Shown here piece by piece: positions 1-10,390 of a DNA stretch of 64,000 bases. Under the pieces are notes generated by a model that saw nothing but the letters and a program-made list of their open reading frames with translations, searched no databases and was not told where the DNA came from. Position 1 is the stretch's first letter, and each line of letters begins with the position of its first letter. This DNA is from a virus, in IMG/VR virus record IMGVR_UViG_3300038393_001401. One strand, given 5' to 3'. The position numbers were made by a program, and so were the translations under genes.

Positions 1-263
1 CCCAGTCTTGTTGTTATTGTACTGGTTATAAACACGCTCTACGTTCTCGTCAGAAGTATCAAAGCCAGCCGCATCTAAAGCATCATGAACAAGTTGCTTA
101 AATCCATTTGATGTATCAACTCGCTTATTCTGCCCAGGCTTCTTATCATCGCCACCGGTTTGCGTAGTTTGTACCGGCGTCTGCTTAACGGGTATAGTTT
201 GTTGATTCGTTTGTGGCTGCTCTATATCTGCAACCTGGTCGTTGTTAATTACTTGCATTTATT

Positions 264-1799
264 TTAATTTCCGAAATTTGACCATTTGCTTATTACATTC
301 TTTAGCTTGGTGCCGAACTTACTTGGTGCTTGCACCGGTTGCTGATCGGTCTGTGGTGGTGGCGGCTGCGTCATTAACTGCTGCTGTCCACCTTGATCGT
401 ATGGTTGAGGTACTAAATCGTTAATACCCATCTGAGGCTCTTGAGGTTGATATTGCGATAAATCTTTTGTATATGGATTCAACCTGTCACCTGGGATACG
501 ATACACAAGATTCGTTGGCTTTGTAAATTGATTATTGTACGAATCATGTAATGTTTGCCACGTAGCCTGCTTATCCATGTCAAGCCCCTTATCTGTTGGA
601 ATACCCCATTCATTTGAACCAGTGGCCTTCATTTGAACCTTACCATCTGGCCCTTTAGTAAATATCACCCGGTTCTCCTTACCATCACCAGTAAACGATT
701 TACCAAACACAACTGGACTTAATAACCTACCGGCCCTATCAAGAGCAGCCTGGTCACCACTTTTTGCAGCAGCTTGTATCTGCCCCATTATTGCATCATA
801 GTTTGCATTATTTAGTGCTAGTTTATCAGCCAAGCTATTGCCGTTATTTACGGTTATCTTGTAATCATTAGGAACCTTTTCGTCAATATCATTGTACAGT
901 ACCCCCGGCGTTTGCTTAACACCGCTAACTTTCAATACATGCTTATCCCAATCGGTCTGAGGCCGAAGATGGGACGTAATAGCCTGCTTAGCAAAATCAT
1001 CTACAGATAAAGTGGAATCTGGATTTGCTTTTTTATATTGCTCATACGATTTATTAACCGCATAATTAAACTCTGGGTTACTATTATACTCATCGAGTGC
1101 CTCTTTCTGGTATTTATCAGAATTGGTAAGTTTGGCAAACTGTTGAACAACCTTCCCATCTTTCCTTTTATAAAACCCTATCTGTGTTTTTTCAGGACTG
1201 GTGTTATTCTTTAGTATCTCGTTTAGCTTATCATTAATATTAGCTAGATGCTCAGGTGTACGCTCACCTTCATTAAGATCATAATTGACCACGTTTCCAT
1301 CCGCGTCTGTAATTGGACTAGATAATCGCTTATTCCACAACTTTAAGCCTTCTGGTGTTAAATGCTCCTTTATCTCGTTATACCCGTTAACCAGGTTTTC
1401 ACGCGCATTTTTAATATCGCCTATACGGTTCTTGACATCATTGGCTTTCTGCATTACACGGAAACGCCATTGGTTGTAGTCACCACGTCTTGTACTATGT
1501 GGTGGATTCATTGCCAGGTTTCTGAAATCTTCATATTCTTTTTGAACCGCTGGCCTATCCCTTGGATCAACTTTACCCAGGTCAACCTCTTTTAATAACT
1601 CAAGGTTTTTGTCATACGCTTCCTTCCTTTCAGCCCACACCTGGTTCATATATTGCTGAAATATATTCTCGCCTTCAGGGGTTGCAGGAGTATTTGGTGC
1701 GTATCCGCCAGTTGTTACACCATTCTTTATAAAATCAATCATAGATTTATCCCTTTGCTGTTTGATTATTAAGGAAGTAGCTTTGAGCCAGATTACCAA
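264..1799 (-). CDS. hypothetical virion structural protein (Q/N/P-rich C-terminus)
   Basis: Long ORF at the distal end of the minus-strand structural operon. Low-complexity QPPPPQ tail. No recognisable catalytic motif. Confidence 0.45.
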   Translation of the reverse strand: MVIWLKATSLIIKQQRDKSMIDFIKNGVTTGGYAPNTPATPEGENIFQQYMNQVWAERKEAYDKNLELLKEVDLGKVDPRDRPAVQKEYEDFRNLAMNPPHSTRRGDYNQWRFRVMQKANDVKNRIGDIKNARENLVNGYNEIKEHLTPEGLKLWNKRLSSPITDADGNVVNYDLNEGERTPEHLANINDKLNEILKNNTSPEKTQIGFYKRKDGKVVQQFAKLTNSDKYQKEALDEYNSNPEFNYAVNKSYEQYKKANPDSTLSVDDFAKQAITSHLRPQTDWDKHVLKVSGVKQTPGVLYNDIDEKVPNDYKITVNNGNSLADKLALNNANYDAIMGQIQAAAKSGDQAALDRAGRLLSPVVFGKSFTGDGKENRVIFTKGPDGKVQMKATGSNEWGIPTDKGLDMDKQATWQTLHDSYNNQFTKPTNLVYRIPGDRLNPYTKDLSQYQPQEPQMGINDLVPQPYDQGGQQQLMTQPPPPQTDQQPVQAPSKFGTKLKNVISKWSNFGN

Positions 1800-2304
1800 G
1801 ACTACTTACACCGGAGTTTACAGAAGCATTTCCTTGCCCTCTTAATTGAGAGATAATGTTCTGTTCTTGTGCGTATTTGTCAGCCTTATTGTACTGGAAT
1901 GCCTTATCTGCATAATCAGCAGCCTGACTATTAGCACTATATAAATTCTGCAAATTTTGTCTTTTTACAGCATCGTCCTGCGCGTTCAGATTCATGTCGG
2001 CAGCATTGCTCTGAGCAACGATATTGCCAACACCCGCAAGACTGTTTCTTTGAGTACTCAATGTATTTAAACCCGCAGCCTCGTTTGTGTTAATGTTGTT
2101 CAACTGGTTATTGTATTCAGTTGCACTCATTCCGTTTTGCGCGGCATTACGAGCAAGTTCCTGATTTTGAGCAATTTCACCAGGAGCGGTGTATATTGGT
2201 CGCACAGATTGTTTGGCAAGACGATTTGCCTTAGCCTTAGAAAAAATACCAGACGCTATGTTGTAAAGTCCACCAATCGTCCCACTTATCAATCCACCTA
2301 ACAT
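1747..2304 (-). CDS. hypothetical structural protein with hydrophobic N-terminus
   Basis: 185-aa ORF in the structural operon. N-terminal GGLISGTIGGLY hydrophobic segment, N/Q-rich remainder. Confidence 0.4.
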   Translation of the reverse strand: MLGGLISGTIGGLYNIASGIFSKAKANRLAKQSVRPIYTAPGEIAQNQELARNAAQNGMSATEYNNQLNNINTNEAAGLNTLSTQRNSLAGVGNIVAQSNAADMNLNAQDDAVKRQNLQNLYSANSQAADYADKAFQYNKADKYAQEQNIISQLRGQGNASVNSGVSSLGNLAQSYFLNNQTAKG

Positions 2305-2348
2305 GATATAAATATACTTAAAAAGTTTGTAATATTTGAATTAATTAA

Positions 2349-5300
2349 TTAATATTTTACATATCCAAGGAAGATTCCCTTGATCGATACATATTGATTA
2401 TTGTTGTTAATAGAGAGGGAAACAGTGAATGTTTTTCCACGCATCGGTAGGCCGTCATAGATCCCACCATCACTATTCATATCCATCAGTATAGGCGCAT
2501 AAAATACACCATCAATAGAGTTCTTTACAAGACCCATTGCGTAGTCTGTTGACACCTCAATGTCAAACATGTTATCCGGTATTGAAGTAGCGCAACCCGT
2601 GTCACTGGTGATATTGGTAACAGATACAAGACTATCGGAAAACAACCTAATAAACCTTGCTACCTTTGAATATTCATAGTCGCCATTGAAAATAACATCA
2701 ATCGTTGTATTATATGATTGACCATACCAACTGTTTACTCCGGTCTCATTATGAATCCATGCCTTACCATTCTTAAAGCTGTAATATTTTGAACCAATAA
2801 ATTCCATACATTCTGGATAATACGTATAGAATGTTGAGAATCCATTGTTCTTTTCGGAATATGCTATCGTATACTGAGTTTGTCCAGCCAGGTTATCGAA
2901 TGCTATAATTACCTCTTTATTATACGGGTCATACCCAAGCCTAATTGAATTTGAAACACTCTTGTAATGGCTACAGTTATCCTTCATCCATTTAGACATT
3001 CCGACCTCAAGGCTAACATCATCCCATCCGTCTAAACCAAGTCTTAAAAAGCATCCCTTATTAACATCAACCGCATAGGTGTAAAATCCGGTATCAATGA
3101 TTGCTGCACTATTGCTGCCAATACCATATCTACCAGTATATCTAACTCCGTCATTTAATAAAGCAGAGCTTAATCCAAGCTGCATTACACCATCTGCTAA
3201 TGAAACAATAGACTGGTTAATAGGTATTCTCTCGCTATCAAACTCATGAATGGCCTGGATATATGCACCCTTATTTATCAGATGCATAAATGCACCCATA
3301 GTAATATCGTAATCCTTGCTGTATCCCGGATAAACCCTGTTTAAACCGTTGATATTAGTTTGTGGTATAAATGGGTCCGTGTGAACAAGTGTAGCCTTTC
3401 TCCTAACCTGGCGATATGAAGCATCCTCTATAGTTGGCGTACCAAGTGAAGTGTATGCGCTCCTATACCAGTCAGATGAATTAAAATCCTCAACTGTCAT
3501 TGGTGTTGGATTAGCATCATTTTCAACCAATGGCATCAACCTTGGTTTCATAAAACAATCAATTCCACTTATTTTCCCTATTGCTGGCTGAGAGCTTGTT
3601 TGTGATTGTACAGGCCCCATGTGAGCCCTTGAAGCCGTACCTGGATTAGATATGGGATATACTTCTCCAATATGATAAAACACATCGTCTGCCTCGGATA
3701 GTTTCTTTGGACTATACGCTTCGAATAATATTGATTGATTAAATGTAGATACAGTCCCAGTACCTGCTGTAAAACCACTTGTATCAAATCCGTCCGGAAG
3801 GCGTATGGTTAATACCCGCTCTGTGGTGCTTCCATTGGTAACGGTTGTGTCCTCAAGTATTTCCGTGTCATAATAAGAAGAATATACCGTAGTAGTCGAT
3901 CCAACTTTCGCCAAGAACCTAAACCTGTCATTGACAGCATAGTTGTAATTAACAAAGTTTACACCATTTGCCTTATATTGCTGATTCATATTCTCAATAT
4001 AAACAGTTATAAGCTTCGGCTTTGTTGTGTCTATAGTCATCTTTGACGACACGCCGTAATAAGTATTAAGGTGTGTAAGATTTTTTGTTGCAACAATAGC
4101 GTACCATTCAGCCCAACTTGGTGGTGTGCTATTTATTTGCCACTGTATACCCTGAAAAAGATTATTTAATGTATAGTAATCATCTGTATTTATGTAACCA
4201 CCTGGGCTATACTGAACTGGACTTTTCCTGCCATAATGAGTACCATACACAACGCCAAGCTTATATGCAGAACCGGTTTTTATTGATTGTGCAGATATAC
4301 TTATTGCTGCAGCGTGAGAAGATGGGGTAAATGTTATCGAGTTGATATATAACCCATTTCCAGTACCGCTCATAGTGTTGGTATTGTTACCGGTAATTGT
4401 ATAAGCGCCATCCGTAATTGACGTTGTATTTATACAATACATTAAAGAATCGTTAATAACCCTGTGTGCAAAATCATGAAATGTCTCTGTGCTACCACAA
4501 GTAAGGGTGTCGTCCTGTAGGGGTGTGTCTGTATATCCACCAGACCCATAATGCCTTCCGCTAGTAACAATTCTTACGCTGTCACCGGGATAAACCGTAC
4601 CCGATATACCAATAGAAATTGACCCGCCAAGTGAAGATGCAAATTGCTGTAGGCTTATACCAAAGTTGGATGTTGTAGTTGGTAAACTTTCGGTATAGAT
4701 TGATGTTGTCATATCAACACCCTCCTGATTATAACCGTTCATTGTGTCGCCAAAAACAAGAGACCCATCATTAACATATTCAACACACCCCGCTGTTCTT
4801 GGAACATAATCCTGGTCAAGATTTGATACCTCTGAAACAGCAACCGGAACATAGCTTTCATTATTCAAGAAGCTTAAGCTGTATGAGGTATTATCCCCAA
4901 GACCCAACTTGTGCTTATCGATATATCTCAGTTTATAGTAGTTATTTGGCGAGTTTATCATTCGCCTAAATGCAACGTTAATTCCCTTAACCCCCCTGGC
5001 ACCGGTATTTATGGTGAGTAATAAGCTATTATCCTTTAGTGATGTAAGATCGGATGTGGTGAGGTCTGACTGTGGTATCTGAACCTTTGATGTTACGCTC
5101 CACGCGCTCTGTTGGTTATCATCATAAACGTATGAGTAAATGAATTGATATAAGTCACCCCTTAAGTTATTAAACGGTATTGTTGGGTCATCTTGATAGG
5201 CTGCCTGTACTGGAATAAGTGGAGGAGCCTTTATCAAAACAGTTTCGTCAAACTGAACCAAATCTCGGTATGACCATATTACATCTGTATAGGTACCATC

Positions 5301-5948
5301 AGTAATAGAACCATTTACAACTAAAGAACCGGCACTTGATGATTTTACAGGTACCCATATGCCACCGATATTTATATAACGAAGCGTATCACTCTGTTTT
5401 ATATCAGGGTGTGATAACGTGCATATGCCACCACTATTAACAACGGTTGAGTTACCAGCGAATTTATATCGCCTGGACTTACCTATATTGAAATAACGTA
5501 TTTCAGTACTGGTATCAGTCCATACTAAAACCTTAGATATTTTATTACCGTACTCATCTATATCCCCACCGTCAACTAATTTTAGTGACGATATTTCTGT
5601 TGTGGCAGAAAAGTTGAGTATATCTGTGGCAGAATCAGTATTATTTAAGAAGATAACAGTAGACTGGTCTGTGGCTGAATCAAGCTCTACAATAGCATCT
5701 GCATTACCATCATTGTAAACCAGAAAATAAATTAATCCATCTTCATGGTCTTTAACACTTTTCAATACCTTATTTACCCCACTTGGAGCAGCCCAATTAG
5801 ACAGAGTGTTACCACCGGATGTTGAAACAACGCCCTTTAGTTTACCATTTCTTAAATTAAATACATTTGGCGGGTAGCAATTAGATGGAATAGATGAGTC
5901 ATCAAAGTCGCTAACCATCTTCCCGCCCGCAATAGTCTTAAATTCCAT
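2349..5948 (-). CDS. large beta-rich virion protein (tail fibre/baseplate/host-specificity candidate)
   Basis: 1199-aa ORF rich in S/T/N/G/Y with no long helical A/K/E stretches, so not tape-measure-like. Position is distal to the head genes. Confidence 0.5.
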   Translation of the reverse strand: MEFKTIAGGKMVSDFDDSSIPSNCYPPNVFNLRNGKLKGVVSTSGGNTLSNWAAPSGVNKVLKSVKDHEDGLIYFLVYNDGNADAIVELDSATDQSTVIFLNNTDSATDILNFSATTEISSLKLVDGGDIDEYGNKISKVLVWTDTSTEIRYFNIGKSRRYKFAGNSTVVNSGGICTLSHPDIKQSDTLRYINIGGIWVPVKSSSAGSLVVNGSITDGTYTDVIWSYRDLVQFDETVLIKAPPLIPVQAAYQDDPTIPFNNLRGDLYQFIYSYVYDDNQQSAWSVTSKVQIPQSDLTTSDLTSLKDNSLLLTINTGARGVKGINVAFRRMINSPNNYYKLRYIDKHKLGLGDNTSYSLSFLNNESYVPVAVSEVSNLDQDYVPRTAGCVEYVNDGSLVFGDTMNGYNQEGVDMTTSIYTESLPTTTSNFGISLQQFASSLGGSISIGISGTVYPGDSVRIVTSGRHYGSGGYTDTPLQDDTLTCGSTETFHDFAHRVINDSLMYCINTTSITDGAYTITGNNTNTMSGTGNGLYINSITFTPSSHAAAISISAQSIKTGSAYKLGVVYGTHYGRKSPVQYSPGGYINTDDYYTLNNLFQGIQWQINSTPPSWAEWYAIVATKNLTHLNTYYGVSSKMTIDTTKPKLITVYIENMNQQYKANGVNFVNYNYAVNDRFRFLAKVGSTTTVYSSYYDTEILEDTTVTNGSTTERVLTIRLPDGFDTSGFTAGTGTVSTFNQSILFEAYSPKKLSEADDVFYHIGEVYPISNPGTASRAHMGPVQSQTSSQPAIGKISGIDCFMKPRLMPLVENDANPTPMTVEDFNSSDWYRSAYTSLGTPTIEDASYRQVRRKATLVHTDPFIPQTNINGLNRVYPGYSKDYDITMGAFMHLINKGAYIQAIHEFDSERIPINQSIVSLADGVMQLGLSSALLNDGVRYTGRYGIGSNSAAIIDTGFYTYAVDVNKGCFLRLGLDGWDDVSLEVGMSKWMKDNCSHYKSVSNSIRLGYDPYNKEVIIAFDNLAGQTQYTIAYSEKNNGFSTFYTYYPECMEFIGSKYYSFKNGKAWIHNETGVNSWYGQSYNTTIDVIFNGDYEYSKVARFIRLFSDSLVSVTNITSDTGCATSIPDNMFDIEVSTDYAMGLVKNSIDGVFYAPILMDMNSDGGIYDGLPMRGKTFTVSLSINNNNQYVSIKGIFLGYVKY

Positions 5949-5949
5949 A

Positions 5950-6684
5950 TTAGTGCTTAAGTGCCAATTTTATTGTTTTCCGTGTGACATCATTTGCCTC
6001 ACTTAATCTGAAAGGATTTACCCTGGACTTACCCTTTCTTTTCTGTTTTATCCATTCGTTTTGAGCAGATGTCTTTTCGTACATCGGTATATTCTTTATC
6101 CTCTGAATCGACTTCCAGTATACATATGCTTTAACAGCTTCCTCAAGACGCTCATCCACAAAGAAGTCACCATCATCATCTATCTGGTTAGACAAGTATT
6201 CAACCACGATCTCTGAGTATGTACAACCTTGATCAAGACAGAATAACATATTTTCATCATCTGCCCTGAAATAACCTATATCAGCATTTGAACCCGCACC
6301 AAATAAATTGTACGTTATTCCATCAAGATTATAATTCCTGTACATGTTATAGATGGAATAGTCGTCTGGATCGGCAGGTACAGATATACTGCGACTACCA
6401 AGTGAATCATATAGATTCATATCCTTATTCCTCACAAGTGTTGCAATCTCGCCGCGATCATTTGGTACACCAATTTTTATATAGTTGATATAGTCCTGTG
6501 GATAGTCTACTGTTTTATTTGAATTAACATCAATAACCGTAGTCCTTATCCGACCTTTAACATCAAGATTTAACTCCCTCAGTGCATCAACACCCAGGTC
6601 AAATAACCTTCTGCGATGGTGCAAAGACGTATCCATCTCGTTTAATAGAGATGCTATTACTTCATCTAACTTAACTTTAGCCAT
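5950..6684 (-). CDS. hypothetical tail/structural protein
   Basis: Tightly packed ORF in the structural operon, 2 nt from the next gene. Confidence 0.45.
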   Translation of the reverse strand: MAKVKLDEVIASLLNEMDTSLHHRRRLFDLGVDALRELNLDVKGRIRTTVIDVNSNKTVDYPQDYINYIKIGVPNDRGEIATLVRNKDMNLYDSLGSRSISVPADPDDYSIYNMYRNYNLDGITYNLFGAGSNADIGYFRADDENMLFCLDQGCTYSEIVVEYLSNQIDDDGDFFVDERLEEAVKAYVYWKSIQRIKNIPMYEKTSAQNEWIKQKRKGKSRVNPFRLSEANDVTRKTIKLALKH

Positions 6685-6686
6685 TT

Positions 6687-7313
6687 CTAAACCGTATCTA
6701 TCCCGTCTGTATTCTCACTCTCAGGCTTCTGGCCTTGCATGCTATAAACCTTAAGCACGTATTCAATTATCTTAGCTTCAACATCCGCTCCGATATATAA
6801 AATCTCATCAAGTCCACCAATTGGCACACACACCATTGTAGCATCCACATTGTCAGCCACACGCGCCCCACCGGTCACTTTATAAATAATCTTATTCCCC
6901 TCCTGGAAGAACATGATCCTTCGCTTCACATTATTTCGCGTAAGTCCGCTAACTACATCCAAGTCTTTTCTTTGTATCGGATCGTAGCTGTTTTCGTAGC
7001 TTCCGGATGGACGTACACTTACCAACCCGCGACCACGAGGAAGCGCAATTGGTATATTTGGCAATACAGACGAATAATTGCCGTTAGTATCAGCAGTAAC
7101 AGCGATGTTGCCGAATGTGATGTTATAGGTGTCATCCGAATAAATAAGTCCATCAAGGTTTGAATTATCGAAGGTGTCGCCTTTAATTACGTATCCTAAC
7201 CCTTGTCTTATATGTATTGCTATCTCTGGCCTGGTAGGGAACCTACGGTCACCCGAAATTATCGCCTTAAGTAATCTTTCTATCTGCTCGCAAAGCAATC
7301 CAACCTTCACCAT
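6687..7313 (-). CDS. hypothetical tail/structural protein
   Basis: ORF shares the nucleotide at 7313 with the upstream gene (stop/start overlap), consistent with translational coupling. Confidence 0.45.
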   Translation of the reverse strand: MVKVGLLCEQIERLLKAIISGDRRFPTRPEIAIHIRQGLGYVIKGDTFDNSNLDGLIYSDDTYNITFGNIAVTADTNGNYSSVLPNIPIALPRGRGLVSVRPSGSYENSYDPIQRKDLDVVSGLTRNNVKRRIMFFQEGNKIIYKVTGGARVADNVDATMVCVPIGGLDEILYIGADVEAKIIEYVLKVYSMQGQKPESENTDGIDTV

Positions 7314-7993
7314 TATTTCACCTCCATTTTAAGCTTGTCGGCATAACCAACTACTTGATCGTTACTTAGATTTATACCTAGGTGATAAAGAACTTTTGCG
7401 CACAGAGCCATAAACGCAGTTGGTTTCCACTCAAAGTTTACGCTTGTTCCAGAATTAAATGTTATTCCGCCACCTGTTACCGTATAGTCATACTTTGGTG
7501 TAACCGGCATTCGTAGGTAATAGGCCTTTACTGATGTGATGGTGTTTGGATATATTTCCCAGGCGCCACCGACATTTGTGTAAATCGGGTTTACATCAGC
7601 TTGTGGATAGTCAATCTCGCTGATTAAATAATCGGCCAGATCTCCTTTCTTAACCCAACTCAGAGGAACGTTATTATCAGCGTTTCTTATAGCAAGTGTC
7701 TGTATGAGGTCAGCAGGTATTGTAGCTATCCCAGAGGCTACAGCTATAATATCAGCAACAACAAAAGGATCTAACTCATCTGATAAGGTCTGGTTTTCCT
7801 CCATCCCAATTACAGGTACAGGCCTTCCGGGCTGATAGCTAGAAAATCTACCACCCCTCAACTCATCGAACAATTCAATATTTGCCGCCTTTATAGCGTT
7901 ATTAAAACCCTTTGGAGTAAATGCGCCATTTAGGTTTTTATTAACCACGAAAGAGACAAATGAAAACACTTCATCAACAGCAATCATACACAA
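7313..7993 (-). CDS. hypothetical structural protein
   Basis: ORF preceded upstream (7994-8112) by two ATATTACAAA motifs and a terminator belonging to the preceding gene. Confidence 0.45.
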   Translation of the reverse strand: MCMIAVDEVFSFVSFVVNKNLNGAFTPKGFNNAIKAANIELFDELRGGRFSSYQPGRPVPVIGMEENQTLSDELDPFVVADIIAVASGIATIPADLIQTLAIRNADNNVPLSWVKKGDLADYLISEIDYPQADVNPIYTNVGGAWEIYPNTITSVKAYYLRMPVTPKYDYTVTGGGITFNSGTSVNFEWKPTAFMALCAKVLYHLGINLSNDQVVGYADKLKMEVK

Positions 7994-8034
7994 ATATATT
8001 ACAAAAAAGTTTTAATATTACAAAACTTTATGAC

Positions 8035-8065
8035 ACAAAAAAAGGGAGTTGTTCAGGCTCCCTCT
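8035..8065 (-). terminator. rho-independent terminator after the 8113..8898 gene
   Basis: Minus-strand hairpin GGGAGCCTGAACAACTCCC followed by a T-run (plus strand reads aaaaagggagttgttcaggctccc). Confidence 0.5.
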
Positions 8066-8112
8066 CCAAAAGATGTTCGGTCTTTTTTCTTAGTATTCAA
8101 CAAAGGTACAAA

Positions 8113-8898
8113 CTATATCAATTTCTTCAAAGCTTCGTAAAACGCCTTACCTTCATCAGTACCGGCGTAATCCGCAAGGAATGATTTTACATCTTTATCA
8201 GATGGAACCTCAACGATTTTCTTTTTTCCTTCATTCCAGATAGCGATACCACCCTCAACTCTGATCACACCTTTCGATAGACCATTTGAAACGTTATACT
8301 GTCTCTGGTTTTTAGGGTTATCAAAATATTTAAGGAAGTAATCTGGACGAATCCTGGCAACTTCAATAAACTCAACCCTTACATACTCTGGGTCCTGGTC
8401 AATATTAATACCAAGTACATGTGCGAATGGGAACATTTCCTCATCCTTGCAGGTTGTAGCCAAAGTCTCAGCCTTATTAGCCAATGCAAGCTTTTCACGT
8501 TTGGCCTTAATATCAGCCAATGGCTTAAGCTCCCTAAACACAGCCGGTTTTCTATTGGGCATGCGTTTTTCTTTATCTTTATTCTGATCTGTTAAGCGAA
8601 GGAATTGAATCTTCAAATCCTCTGCACCAACAGTACACTCTAATTTTCTCTTGAAAAATATCAGATTAACAAGCGGAAGGTCAAGCTCATACGGCTGCAT
8701 CTCATCCATAAAAATAGTTGATGCTCCATGAGCCAATCTAATTTTCCTTACCTTACCTGTTTCTGGATCAATAATGGTATCGGTTGATAACATCTTGTGT
8801 GACTGCTCGTTTTTGTCGAGCGTTTCAAATATGATTTTGGTTGGCGCATATTTATCTTCTGCCTGCTCCTTGGCTTTTTCTTTCTTTTCGAATGCCAT
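8113..8898 (-). CDS. hypothetical abundant structural protein (head-tail/major tail candidate)
   Basis: 261-aa ORF immediately downstream of the capsid candidate and followed by a terminator. Confidence 0.45.
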   Translation of the reverse strand: MAFEKKEKAKEQAEDKYAPTKIIFETLDKNEQSHKMLSTDTIIDPETGKVRKIRLAHGASTIFMDEMQPYELDLPLVNLIFFKRKLECTVGAEDLKIQFLRLTDQNKDKEKRMPNRKPAVFRELKPLADIKAKREKLALANKAETLATTCKDEEMFPFAHVLGINIDQDPEYVRVEFIEVARIRPDYFLKYFDNPKNQRQYNVSNGLSKGVIRVEGGIAIWNEGKKKIVEVPSDKDVKSFLADYAGTDEGKAFYEALKKLI

Positions 8899-8967
8899 TG
8901 TTTATTTATTTAATATTTAAATTAAGAAAGGGGGTAGGATTTCGGTTCCACCCCCAGTCTTTTATTA

Positions 8968-10323
8968 CTACGCTGCGTATACTTTAATGAAACGCTGCTC
9001 ATTAAATACCTGCAAGCCTTTGTAAGCTAACATGGTTAATTGAAGCTCGGCTTTAGTACCATTGCGTTTCTTAGAAAGCAATCCGTTCTCAGCCATCAGA
9101 ACTTCGCCAGAGCCATCTACGTTATGGAAACGTACGCTCAGTGAATCAACTTGTTCCTGTGTTTTAGCATCAACACCTTTATCCATTGGGATTAACCAAC
9201 CAGTGTTGTTGTAGTAACCAGGTGCAACACCATAAACTGATGTTGAGTTCAACGCATCATATTTCTTGAAGTGGAATGATTGACCATTCACATCATATGA
9301 CTTATAACCCATTTTCAGTGCCAGTTCAGAGTCGCCGCTAAACGAACCGTAAACAACACCACCACCCTGTAATGCAGGTGAATTGAAGAATGCGTTATTG
9401 ATATCAATACGCTGATTTGTATCGCACAACCACAGATACTCAGATGCACCACCTGCGATATCGGTAGCACGAGTAATATCATCAAACACCGACAGTCCAA
9501 ATGAACCGGTAGCGTAAGATACTTTTTGACCGCCGGTATCAATAGTTTTCATCAATCCTTGAGTACCAACCGAACCAGATGTAATAACACCATTGGTTAC
9601 TTTCTGGCCGAATACCAATGCCCAGTCTTCCTGGTTATGGAACCTGCGGTTAACAACGTCCATTGCCAGATATTTATAACCCTTACCGCCATCAATTTCA
9701 ATTTCCAACTCCTCAAGCAATGCGCGGTCGGTGGTTGCGAAATCTTCACGAATTTCAGTGGTTGAACCAGTGATCTTCTCGATGTCGATATTCAGGGTAT
9801 CCATTTTGTCGGATGCCTCACCTGCATAGATATTACCACGCAGTAACAACTCGTCGGTTGTGGTAGGGTGGAAATCTGCTAAGATGTCAATCGGAACAAT
9901 GGTAAACTTATGCGCAGAGTTAACTGACTTGTCAACAGATATAATCTGTCCCTGGATCGCAGAAGCGTTAATTTCCAGAACCTCACCAACACGTAGAGGC
10001 GAAGCTGTACCACCTTGTGTATGGTATGCTGCAGCCAGTGTTAACTGAACAGCGTTACCAGCACCTGGATCTGCCACGTTAGCAGCAATCTGAATTGCCT
10101 GATGTAAACGGCCTTTAGAACGCCAGTGGTAGAAGTCCCTGTTTGGGGTTTCTGATTTCTTACCCATGATCTCCATGTCAAGCACGAAGTTTTGGGAACC
10201 GTATTTTTCAATGTACTTAGGATATACCTCACGGTGAAGGATACCATAGTCAGAGATCAACTGTCTCTTAATTTCACCTGCGCCCTGATCCGAGCTTGAG
10301 GTGTAGGAAGGTGTGTACGCCAT
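8968..10323 (-). CDS. putative major capsid protein
   Basis: 451-aa ORF directly after the scaffold-like gene, in the canonical TerL-portal-scaffold-MCP order. Assigned from synteny only. Confidence 0.45.
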   Translation of the reverse strand: MAYTPSYTSSSDQGAGEIKRQLISDYGILHREVYPKYIEKYGSQNFVLDMEIMGKKSETPNRDFYHWRSKGRLHQAIQIAANVADPGAGNAVQLTLAAAYHTQGGTASPLRVGEVLEINASAIQGQIISVDKSVNSAHKFTIVPIDILADFHPTTTDELLLRGNIYAGEASDKMDTLNIDIEKITGSTTEIREDFATTDRALLEELEIEIDGGKGYKYLAMDVVNRRFHNQEDWALVFGQKVTNGVITSGSVGTQGLMKTIDTGGQKVSYATGSFGLSVFDDITRATDIAGGASEYLWLCDTNQRIDINNAFFNSPALQGGGVVYGSFSGDSELALKMGYKSYDVNGQSFHFKKYDALNSTSVYGVAPGYYNNTGWLIPMDKGVDAKTQEQVDSLSVRFHNVDGSGEVLMAENGLLSKKRNGTKAELQLTMLAYKGLQVFNEQRFIKVYAA

Positions 10324-10390
10324 TTTCTATTTCACTAAATCTTTTTCTCAATATGAGAGTAATGCCATTTGGCATAATTAACTCAAAAAA

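Noticed and set aside
2349-5948. Tape-measure protein
   Set aside because: Composition is S/T/N/G/Y-rich, beta-like, without the long alanine/charged helical segments typical of tape-measure proteins. No sheath, tube or tape-measure set was recognisable.
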